Source of the DNA: a virus
Lineage: Duplodnaviria; Caudoviricetes
IMG/VR virus record: IMGVR_UViG_3300037608_000265
Location: 1 to 35,923 of that record
Strand: one strand, 5' to 3'
DNA: 35,923 bases
Part shown: positions 18,306 to 25,463 of the stretch, piece after piece
Layout of the letters: each line of letters opens with the position of its first letter
Position numbering within the stretch: position 1 is the first letter of the stretch
Program-made: the position numbers and the translations under genes
The notes under the pieces: generated by a model
What the model was told of the DNA's origin: nothing
The model's database searches: none
What the model saw: the letters and a program-made list of their open reading frames with translations, nothing else

Positions 18306-18454
18306 TTTTCATCCAATACTTTTTTCAGCAGTTCATGTTCTTTCGAGTTCGTATTCATGTAATACAGCAACGAAACTCCTTCACAAACCAACAGGGCACG
18401 ATTCACTGATTTAATGGCATTAATGAGATCAATTAATTCCTGTTTTTCGCTCAT
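18302..18454 (-). CDS. 50-aa inserted hypothetical protein (absent from the ORF track)
   Basis: MSEKQELIDLINAIKSVNRALLVCEGVSLLYYMNTNSKEHELLKKVLDEK; ATGA overlaps at both ends; AT-rich. Confidence 0.65.
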   Translation of the reverse strand: MSEKQELIDLINAIKSVNRALLVCEGVSLLYYMNTNSKEHELLKKVLDEK

Positions 18455-19026
18455 TTCAGTTTGCTCAGCTCGTAATCGAGTTCGTGCATCAGGTTCTTGT
18501 GGAGGCGTTCGTCGGCCTTCGACAAGACATCCTTCATGACTGGTTCGTTGCTCAAAATGTCGGGTACGCGGGAGGAATATCGTTCGCTGATGGGAAGCCG
18601 CGAAACCGTTTTAGTGCCGACCTTGTCTCTCCAGAATACCCCTTTATGCCCGGTCTTCATCGTGGCGATAAAAGTTCCGGGGATAACCTTGCGGGGCCTG
18701 CCCTTTTTGATCATCACCGACACGCCTTTTTTTGTCTGCCTAGTCCCGGTAAAGCCGATAAGCGGCAAGGGCCTTCCGGTGCTGTGAATCGCCGCGGACA
18801 TTTTGCCAAAGGACGCCTTTTGTACCTTTAGCGTTTCATCGACAACTTTTTTTGATGCGTTGAGGGTTTCCCTAACCTTTGCCGACGAATCAGTTTTGAC
18901 CCCCGTCAAGGTCTTATTCAGCGCCCGGACAAATACCCGGTCAGGAGCTTTCAAAATCTCGGATAACGCATTACGGACATTGCTTAAATCCGCCTCGTTG
19001 ATTCTGATCGAGAAGTCGCCCATCAC
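18451..19026 (-). CDS. Minor tail protein Z (lambda gpZ-like tail completion)
   Basis: Basic; RALNKT, RPLPLIGF, KGVSV and FIATMKTGHKGVFWR...RLPI motifs. Confidence 0.85.
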   Translation of the reverse strand: MMGDFSIRINEADLSNVRNALSEILKAPDRVFVRALNKTLTGVKTDSSAKVRETLNASKKVVDETLKVQKASFGKMSAAIHSTGRPLPLIGFTGTRQTKKGVSVMIKKGRPRKVIPGTFIATMKTGHKGVFWRDKVGTKTVSRLPISERYSSRVPDILSNEPVMKDVLSKADERLHKNLMHELDYELSKLK

Positions 19027-19352
19027 TTCACCGCCATCTTGACCCGGATTCCGTTATTAGACAGAATCCTCTTAACAGTATAAAGGACATCCCCCGTTTC
19101 GAATTGAACCAGGAAGGTGCTTTTGGGGTCCGGTTCGGTTAATACCTGAGATAAAAGAGCCGAAATAACGGTGCCGGATTGCCATGTCTGCGCGGTCATT
19201 CCATCAGGTTCAAACTGAACGTCGAACTCCGGAACCACATAACAGGCAATCGGATCACCCCCTCCGGCAGGTGTATAGACCGCGTCTTCCCCGAGGGTTT
19301 TCATTATGCTGATCGCTACGCTCCCCAGTGTTGCCCGGAATCCCATGATCAA
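19023..19352 (-). CDS. Head-tail joining protein (gpFII-like)
   Basis: LGEDAVYTPAGG; size and position between capsid and gpZ. Confidence 0.7.
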   Translation of the reverse strand: MIMGFRATLGSVAISIMKTLGEDAVYTPAGGGDPIACYVVPEFDVQFEPDGMTAQTWQSGTVISALLSQVLTEPDPKSTFLVQFETGDVLYTVKRILSNNGIRVKMAVK

Positions 19353-19498
19353 CCGCCGTATATGACTAAACCGACCTCGTCCCGGAGGGGGTTTCCCGTC
19401 TCGTCGAGGATAGGCTCAGAATTTATTTCTTCCAGAGAAACCGGAGCCAGATATAGCGGCTCCATGATGATTTCTCTCATTGTCGGGTCGTTCACCAT
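19349..19498 (-). CDS. Small structural protein (ILDETG..L.DE motif)
   Basis: Fills the gap between coupled genes; acidic repeat seen in phage head/fibre proteins. Start uncertain. Confidence 0.5.
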   Translation of the reverse strand: MVNDPTMREIIMEPLYLAPVSLEEINSEPILDETGNPLRDEVGLVIYGG

Positions 19499-19500
19499 GA

Positions 19501-19824
19501 TCAGGACTCCGCCGTAAACAGGTAAACGTTGTAAGATTTCTCTGCATCGAACCCGACGGGCCGGATTTGAATGGCCTCTGCCGCGCAATTGAATGACTTC
19601 ACCAGCGTCGTCGACGTCAGATCAAAACTGCCGATGTTCCGCCAGGAACCACTTCCCCCTGGCTGCTTGATGTCGATATAAAGCGTTCCCGTTGCGGCAA
19701 CCGCTCCGCCCAGATCTACCTCGATCTGATGATTGCCATAGGGGGATCCCGATGTGTCGATTTCGAAATCGCCGTCCGCCTGTGTTTTTCCATTAATCGC
19801 CGGATACTGTTTTAGTCGTGACAT
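19501..19824 (-). CDS. Small beta-rich head-associated protein
   Basis: Strong SD AAAGGAGG; directly after the capsid gene. Confidence 0.6.
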   Translation of the reverse strand: MSRLKQYPAINGKTQADGDFEIDTSGSPYGNHQIEVDLGGAVAATGTLYIDIKQPGGSGSWRNIGSFDLTSTTLVKSFNCAAEAIQIRPVGFDAEKSYNVYLFTAES

Positions 19825-19846
19825 TGATCATCCCTCCTTTGATATG

Positions 19847-19870
19847 GGCGGAAGGCCGAAGCCCTCCGCC
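19847..19870 (-). terminator. Stable hairpin after the capsid gene (C-UUCG-G tetraloop); mRNA stabiliser or partial terminator
   Basis: GGCGGAGGGC-TTCG-GCCTTCCGCC on the minus strand; no U-tract. Confidence 0.6.
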
Positions 19871-19889
19871 ATGTCATTCAATGGTTGCT

Positions 19890-20858
19890 TTACGGATGGA
19901 TGATGTTGCCCATCAGGTACCCGGCGCCGGCGAACACAAATTCCTCGTCAACGTTCTGACGAACGCGGTAGATGTTGCTCCGCACTTTCTCGTCACGATA
20001 CTGCTCCGTCACGATGTTCTGCGGGGTATCTCCCGTCCAGAGGAAGGTCCGCCCCAGGCAAGGATCACGAAGATCGCGGCCTCCGTCCGATACCTTGGCC
20101 AGAAGGACATATTCGTCATCCCAGATATCCGCGATGCTGAAGGATTGGCCCTTCTTCGCGGAGTCTTTGATCGCTCCACCGACTAGTACCTCATCCACGC
20201 CTAAATATTGGGCAAGCAGCCGTCTCTTCGCTTCCATGGAGCCGACTTCAATCGGATTTGTGTACTTAAAGGCGTCTTTTAATTCGGCAGCCATTAATAC
20301 TTTGTTGAACACCTTGCTGCTCATGGCGATTTTGTTCGCGTCAAGGCCGGATGCCGCTCTCATTGCGATCTTTGCCGTGTCGACGTCTGCAAGGGGCGTA
20401 CACGTTGCCGATGTGTTCCACGGTATCGTTACATCCGCCGTCCCGGTGATATTGGTCGTATTGAACACTTTTGCGGCAATACGCGCCTCCTGCCCTCGGA
20501 GGATGACATCAACCGCCCTCATCGTGGCGATTTCCTCCGCGTCGAAATACCGGCGATACATATTCGCCTCACTGTCATCGACGGGTTCCTCCCAACCATG
20601 CTCTTCACAGTCATAGTTTCCCATCTCGAATTCCCAATCCGACCGGCCGTAACCGCCGCGCGGGGCTCTTTTTGTGCTCTGGAGCTTCAAAAGGGACTCA
20701 ATCGGTATTTTGGGGTATTCCCCGTTCTTCTCGGGCACTTCAAAGATCGGCAAAAGACCGAGACCGATGAAACCCCGCTGCGATGCGGTGAGCAGGTATT
20801 CATAGGCGATCGCGCCCAGATCCGGCCTTGAAATCGTTGTTGCGCTTGTAGGCTGCAT
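19890..20858 (-). CDS. Major capsid protein (lambda gpE-like)
   Basis: 322 aa; FIG..LLP, YDCEEHG.EEPVDD and LGRTFLW motifs; SD AAAGGAGG; follows the decoration gene. Confidence 0.88.
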   Translation of the reverse strand: MQPTSATTISRPDLGAIAYEYLLTASQRGFIGLGLLPIFEVPEKNGEYPKIPIESLLKLQSTKRAPRGGYGRSDWEFEMGNYDCEEHGWEEPVDDSEANMYRRYFDAEEIATMRAVDVILRGQEARIAAKVFNTTNITGTADVTIPWNTSATCTPLADVDTAKIAMRAASGLDANKIAMSSKVFNKVLMAAELKDAFKYTNPIEVGSMEAKRRLLAQYLGVDEVLVGGAIKDSAKKGQSFSIADIWDDEYVLLAKVSDGGRDLRDPCLGRTFLWTGDTPQNIVTEQYRDEKVRSNIYRVRQNVDEEFVFAGAGYLMGNIIHP

Positions 20859-20886
20859 AGCTTTAATCCTCCTTTACTCGTTTATA

Positions 20887-21864
20887 TTAGGCCGTCAGGC
20901 ACTTTCGGGTTACTTCCAGCCACAGGCCGGAAAGATAGAAATCGACGTCGCCCAATTGGCCATCCGTCGGATTCAATATCAGGGTCAACGTGCAAGGAGC
21001 CGCCGGGACATCGCCAAGGGCAAGACTGAGGGTCTTCTCCTGGAGGTTGGTGGATGCAGAAAACTCACCGGATGCGCCGCCGCAATTCGTGTCAGCACTG
21101 GGGGCAGCGCCTACCACGTCGAAATATGCCTCGACGGTAAAGGTCGGCGTATCGGCCGGGGATGCCGCCGACAAGGCTCCCAGCAGGTGGAGCACGGCAG
21201 CCTGGGCATCGTCCAGATCCTGGGGAAGGGTGAAGTGCGCGGCGATCTTGGCCGGGGTCGCATGGGCTCCGAACTGAATCACCTGGGACTTGTTGCTTAA
21301 CTGGGCAAAACCGACACCGCCCGCGGGGGACGCGGCATAGGCCGTCAGCGCGGTCCCGGCTTCCGCGGTTATCCAGTCCGGCTGGATCGTGTACTGCGCC
21401 GTCTTGATTCCGACCATAATCTCCGCAAGGGCGGCTTCGACCGTCCCTCCCGTTACAATCTCTCCCGCATCTGCGACGGAAACATTCGCCGCAGTGGTCG
21501 AAAGGACGCCATATTCGATGATCTCAACGATATCGTTCGCGCCCGTGCAGGCCTCAAGGGCCTCTCCGATGGCACTTCCGCTGGCCGTATCGGAAACCTG
21601 GCCGTTTGCGGCGCCGTAAAGAGTCGCCCCGATGGCAAAGGTGTCGGCCGCCGATGCTTCCTGGCTTCCGTCCGCGGTTCTGAGCTTAACGGCGACTAGT
21701 GCGCCGTCCGCCGCACCGTACTGCGTAATGCCGATATGCTGCTCCCCTACGCCCGCATATTCCACCTGGGGCGGGGTTGTGGTTGTGCCCGAGCTGATTT
21801 TTACTCGCCTGTATGCGAGAAGAGCTCCATCGGCCGTAAAAGTCTTGATTCCTTCTGTGTACAT
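20887..21864 (-). CDS. Head decoration/capsid cement protein (DUF2190-like) with a ~200-aa C-terminal extension
   Basis: N-terminal ~120 aa has TFTA...YRRVK...IG.ALEA..ANDIVE cement motifs; between protease and capsid genes. Confidence 0.75.
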   Translation of the reverse strand: MYTEGIKTFTADGALLAYRRVKISSGTTTTPPQVEYAGVGEQHIGITQYGAADGALVAVKLRTADGSQEASAADTFAIGATLYGAANGQVSDTASGSAIGEALEACTGANDIVEIIEYGVLSTTAANVSVADAGEIVTGGTVEAALAEIMVGIKTAQYTIQPDWITAEAGTALTAYAASPAGGVGFAQLSNKSQVIQFGAHATPAKIAAHFTLPQDLDDAQAAVLHLLGALSAASPADTPTFTVEAYFDVVGAAPSADTNCGGASGEFSASTNLQEKTLSLALGDVPAAPCTLTLILNPTDGQLGDVDFYLSGLWLEVTRKCLTA

Positions 21865-21894
21865 GTTAAGTCCTCCTTATCATGATGTTTTTGA

Positions 21895-22383
21895 TTACTT
21901 CTGTTTGTTGACTTCCTTGATCCAGCTCTCCCGCAACCCCGGGTTAGCCTCGGACACGGCCCGTATTGCTTCTCCACGCAAACACTTGTGCGATTCCACA
22001 TAAGCGGCGACGAGACCCATGAAATCCTTCGTCTGATGTCCGGCAGGTTCCCCGCCAGATCCGACGGATTCCGCCCCCGCGCCTTCGATTGCCGCAAGCA
22101 TCTTTTCCTTGAACTTATCCTCCGCCGTGGCTTCTGCGGCAACCGCCGGCTGCATCTTCTGAATTGCCTGGTATTGTTCCACGCTGATGCCCGTGGCGTA
22201 CAGATCCTTGAACTTGTCCGCCGCCTCCGGCCCAAAGTGTGCCGTCAAGAGACCGAAGATTTTCTCCGATTCGACAGACGCCGCGGCCGTCTTTCCGCCC
22301 TCCAGGTCCACTGTCGCCGCTCCCTCCGCGATAATCTCGGCGTAGACGTCGGGAAATTCCTGTTTCAATGTCGCCTTGTCCAT
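21895..22383 (-). CDS. Nested in-frame scaffolding protein (lambda Nu3-like)
   Basis: Internal GGAGGT-acat-ATG start (MDKATLKQEFPD) in frame within the S49 gene. Confidence 0.7.
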   Translation of the reverse strand: MDKATLKQEFPDVYAEIIAEGAATVDLEGGKTAAASVESEKIFGLLTAHFGPEAADKFKDLYATGISVEQYQAIQKMQPAVAAEATAEDKFKEKMLAAIEGAGAESVGSGGEPAGHQTKDFMGLVAAYVESHKCLRGEAIRAVSEANPGLRESWIKEVNKQK

Positions 22384-23250
22384 ATGTACCTCCATACCAA
22401 TAAGATTTATTTTGTTCTCGATTGTGCCTTCAATGGCTGTTTCAAGCGTTCCGATCATATCCGCCAGGCCTGCCTGGATCGCCTTTTCTCCGCGGAACAC
22501 TCCCGCTTCCGTATTTCTGACCGCTTCCTCATCCAGTCCGCGATTTCTCGCCACTGTCTGAACAAACAGATCGTAGGTCGAGTCCACGATTGACTTCACA
22601 ACGGCGTAACCATCCTGAGATATGGGCTCGTGTGGACTCAGATCATTTTTCCTTGATCCGGCAAAGATCGAGGTATATTTCAAACCCTGCTGTGCATCCA
22701 TTCCGGAGCGGTCGACGTGGACGGCGATGACACCGATAGAACCGACGTTGCCCGTGCGGGGTACAATAATCTTGTCCGCAGCTGAAGCGAGCAGATAGGC
22801 TGCAGAAAAAGCCGACTCATTAACATGGGCAAAGATGGGCTTCTTGCCCCTGGCTTTGTAAATTTCGTCGGCCAAATCGAAGGCACCGGATACCTCGCCG
22901 CCGGGAGAATCAAACTCCAGGACGATCCTGGTGATCTTTGGATCCGCCAGGGCTTCCCGGAATTGGGTCCGTAACCTCGGATAAGTCGTCAGCCCGGATA
23001 ACGCATTGATTCCCGCAGCGCGATTAACCAGGGAATCATAGACGGGAATGACCGCGACCGTCTCCGCCTTCGGTTCATTCCCGCGAACGGGAGGGACATA
23101 CTTTCCACGCAAAGCCGCCATTTCTTCGGTAATTTCCAAACCGATCATGTCCCCGACCGCCGATAGAATGACTTCAAGTTTTCCGTTGTCGATCATCAGG
23201 GGGGTGTTCAAAATCCGTGTCGCCAAATAGGAATGAATTAAATTACCCAT
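21895..23250 (-). CDS. Prohead protease, peptidase S49 (lambda gpC-like), with C-terminal scaffold region
   Basis: FDSPGGEV, AFSAAYLLAS and VGSIGV S49 motifs; SD GGAGG before ATG 23250. Confidence 0.92.
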   Translation of the reverse strand: MGNLIHSYLATRILNTPLMIDNGKLEVILSAVGDMIGLEITEEMAALRGKYVPPVRGNEPKAETVAVIPVYDSLVNRAAGINALSGLTTYPRLRTQFREALADPKITRIVLEFDSPGGEVSGAFDLADEIYKARGKKPIFAHVNESAFSAAYLLASAADKIIVPRTGNVGSIGVIAVHVDRSGMDAQQGLKYTSIFAGSRKNDLSPHEPISQDGYAVVKSIVDSTYDLFVQTVARNRGLDEEAVRNTEAGVFRGEKAIQAGLADMIGTLETAIEGTIENKINLIGMEVHMDKATLKQEFPDVYAEIIAEGAATVDLEGGKTAAASVESEKIFGLLTAHFGPEAADKFKDLYATGISVEQYQAIQKMQPAVAAEATAEDKFKEKMLAAIEGAGAESVGSGGEPAGHQTKDFMGLVAAYVESHKCLRGEAIRAVSEANPGLRESWIKEVNKQK

Positions 23251-24856
23251 TTCCGCCTCCGTCCGGGTTGTCGTCCTTGATCGTGCCGGGGTCAAATGGA
23301 TCCTCCGTCAGCTTGCGCTCTCTGAGCATTTCCTGCTCTTCTTCAAGCTGATCGACCACTGCTTTGAATTCATCGCCGTCTTCCGCGATGGCCTTGGCCC
23401 GGGTCTTCAAATTGTTCTGGATTCTAAGAACGTCCGCCTGGGCAGCCTTTACCGGCTCGATATCGCCCTTCGGATATCCCCTCCATTCAGCATAGGTCAG
23501 AAGAGGCATGTCGGAATAGAAATTCGGAACCAAGAGATCATTCCGCAGATATGCCTCTTCCATCAGCATGGTGTATGTTTTCTGACATAATCCATGCCCC
23601 ATGCGGAACCTGTGCGTCATATATGTACGCCAGGCTTCGAGCATGGCGGATCGGAAACCGGCGAAATTAACGCCCTCGACATCTTTGAACAGAACGGGAT
23701 AGGGAATGTTCAAGGCCATCGCGATCGCCTTTTTGATTATTTTGGTGAAGGGATCAAAGGTCGTCCCGGGCCTGTTTGCCGATATGGGAGACGGTTTTTC
23801 TCCCTTGTTCCCGTACATGATGGATCCGGGAGCCACTTCCTGGTATCTGGTCTGATAGGTGGTGCCGTCGCTTTTGGTGTCGGTTCCCAGGACCTGGGCG
23901 TTATTAATGGCGTCGTACATCGGATCTGAAGATCCGACCTCAATGAACAGGGCAAAGGCCGCGGTGACTATATTGGATACGAGTTCCGCGTCGAGGTAAT
24001 CATTCAGGTCCCGCATGTACTTCATGGCCGGTGCAAAGGATGGGATTCCTCTCACCTGTTCGGCATCGAGCGGGATGAATTCATGGATCACATTCCAGCG
24101 ATGCCCCTTCTTCGCGGGAATTCTCGTAAACTGAGCCGAATGATTACTCGAGTATCCGTATCTCGATACGGAATCCGCCTTTTCAATCCAGTATGCAATC
24201 GGCTCTCCATAGGAACCAATCTCCACACCGTCCTTGATGTTCGGATTGGATGTGAGGTCCGATGGGGTTTTTAATCTCAGCGGGTTGATGACCTGGCAGG
24301 CCAGGGAATAGGAGCGGGCCGGATCCTTGATCATCGGAAGCAGGACGATATATTCCCCGTATTGGATGAGATTCCTCTGACACACAAACTGAATTCCACC
24401 AAAAGAGAGCCGCTGACCGGCATCAGCCATGGGTGCCCACTTCATGTAGATTTTCTTCTGCTGCGCCCGGATCTTCCTGATTTCCTCCCGGTCAAGGCCG
24501 AGGATATCGGAATCGAGGGACGGCTGCGGAACCAGGCCAGATCCGACCACCGTTGTCGCGAAGGTGTCGATTATGCCGGCGGCATGTGGATCGTTATTAG
24601 CGAGATCAATAGAACGCTCGACGATAAACTTCCGCTCCGCATTCTCGGCGAACTCTCCACCAACGCGTTGAGGGGTCCAATTAAGCATGGACCCCTCACG
24701 CCTGGCAGCGGCACGACGATATTGATAGGAGGCGGACGGTTGAAGCGGTTTGTTGTTTGCGTCAACGAGGAGGGGAATCCGGAGATCAGATTTCCCCATC
24801 ATTTCCGACATGGCGACGACAGTCTTGGCAAATATGGCCTGTTGTGCCTGGTTCAT
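23243..24856 (-). CDS. Portal protein, lambda family (gpB-like)
   Basis: RSIDLANNDPHAAG, VVGSGL, EQVRGIP, VNFAGFRSAMLE and IEPVK motifs. Confidence 0.95.
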   Translation of the reverse strand: MNQAQQAIFAKTVVAMSEMMGKSDLRIPLLVDANNKPLQPSASYQYRRAAARREGSMLNWTPQRVGGEFAENAERKFIVERSIDLANNDPHAAGIIDTFATTVVGSGLVPQPSLDSDILGLDREEIRKIRAQQKKIYMKWAPMADAGQRLSFGGIQFVCQRNLIQYGEYIVLLPMIKDPARSYSLACQVINPLRLKTPSDLTSNPNIKDGVEIGSYGEPIAYWIEKADSVSRYGYSSNHSAQFTRIPAKKGHRWNVIHEFIPLDAEQVRGIPSFAPAMKYMRDLNDYLDAELVSNIVTAAFALFIEVGSSDPMYDAINNAQVLGTDTKSDGTTYQTRYQEVAPGSIMYGNKGEKPSPISANRPGTTFDPFTKIIKKAIAMALNIPYPVLFKDVEGVNFAGFRSAMLEAWRTYMTHRFRMGHGLCQKTYTMLMEEAYLRNDLLVPNFYSDMPLLTYAEWRGYPKGDIEPVKAAQADVLRIQNNLKTRAKAIAEDGDEFKAVVDQLEEEQEMLRERKLTEDPFDPGTIKDDNPDGGGNG

Positions 24857-25065
24857 CTTTTTAGAGTCCCCACGTTGATATGAACCCCGCCGGTTCCCTG
24901 CTCCGATTTGTATCGTTTCAGGAGACGCTCTTCCCGAGTCTCAAGATCGGAGAGTTTCGCGCGAAGAAATGTCATGTCGCCGATTCCGGCCGACTGTGCC
25001 TCAAGAACCTCCGATATGGCGGTCTGCACTTCTTCGAGTTGTTCGAGCGTCGTTTTTAGAGCCAT
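24853..25065 (-). CDS. Head-completion protein gpW-like
   Basis: LEEVQTAISEVL...IGD..F.RA.L..L; immediately before the portal. Confidence 0.75.
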   Translation of the reverse strand: MALKTTLEQLEEVQTAISEVLEAQSAGIGDMTFLRAKLSDLETREERLLKRYKSEQGTGGVHINVGTLKR

Positions 25066-25103
25066 GGTCACCACAAGATATAGTGTTTCGTTCAGATGGC
25101 CCG

Positions 25104-25112
25104 ACTATATCA
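25104..25112 (-). promoter_or_regulatory. Extended -10 element of a probable late promoter
   Basis: TG-a-TATAGT on the minus strand upstream of gpW; no good -35. Confidence 0.5.
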
Positions 25113-25145
25113 TGTGTTTTTTGACCTTTTTTAATCTCGCGCGAT

Positions 25146-25203
25146 TTTTGGGGGTTATTTGGGGGTTTTTTGGGGGTTATTTGGGGGTCTTTTGGGGGTT
25201 ATT
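25146..25203. repeat. Five 11-bp tandem repeats, consensus TTTGGGGGTTA
   Basis: G5 tracts start at 25150, 25161, 25172, 25183 and 25194, an exact 11-bp period. Confidence 0.95.
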
Positions 25204-25219
25204 TTTCTTGACATCACTT

Positions 25220-25462
25220 TTATGACGCATTTTCGTCGATCTGATTCAGGACGTTTTTCATGGAAACACGGGTATAGAGTTTGAAAAATTCGTCTATGTT
25301 TTCACTGTAAGCGAGCCATCGATTGTCATCAAACCGGGCCGGAAGGCCCTTTTCTATGTATTTTTTGAAAAGATAGTCCGAACAAGGGTCACCATTTGAT
25401 ATGTCCGTTATATAACTCTTTATAGATTCCTTGCTTGTCAGGAGTATCTTTTCTTTTGCCAT
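25220..25462 (-). CDS. Small excisionase/MerR-like DNA-binding protein, possible late activator
   Basis: IL.SKESI..YI...FKKYIEKGLPA...RWLAYSENIDEFF fits a wHTH pattern; directly upstream of the repeat array. Confidence 0.6.
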   Translation of the reverse strand: MAKEKILLTSKESIKSYITDISNGDPCSDYLFKKYIEKGLPARFDDNRWLAYSENIDEFFKLYTRVSMKNVLNQIDENAS

Positions 25463-25463
25463 T

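Noticed and set aside
25146-25203. CRISPR mini-array
   Set aside because: The units are 11-bp contiguous tandem repeats with no spacers, and no cas genes are present.
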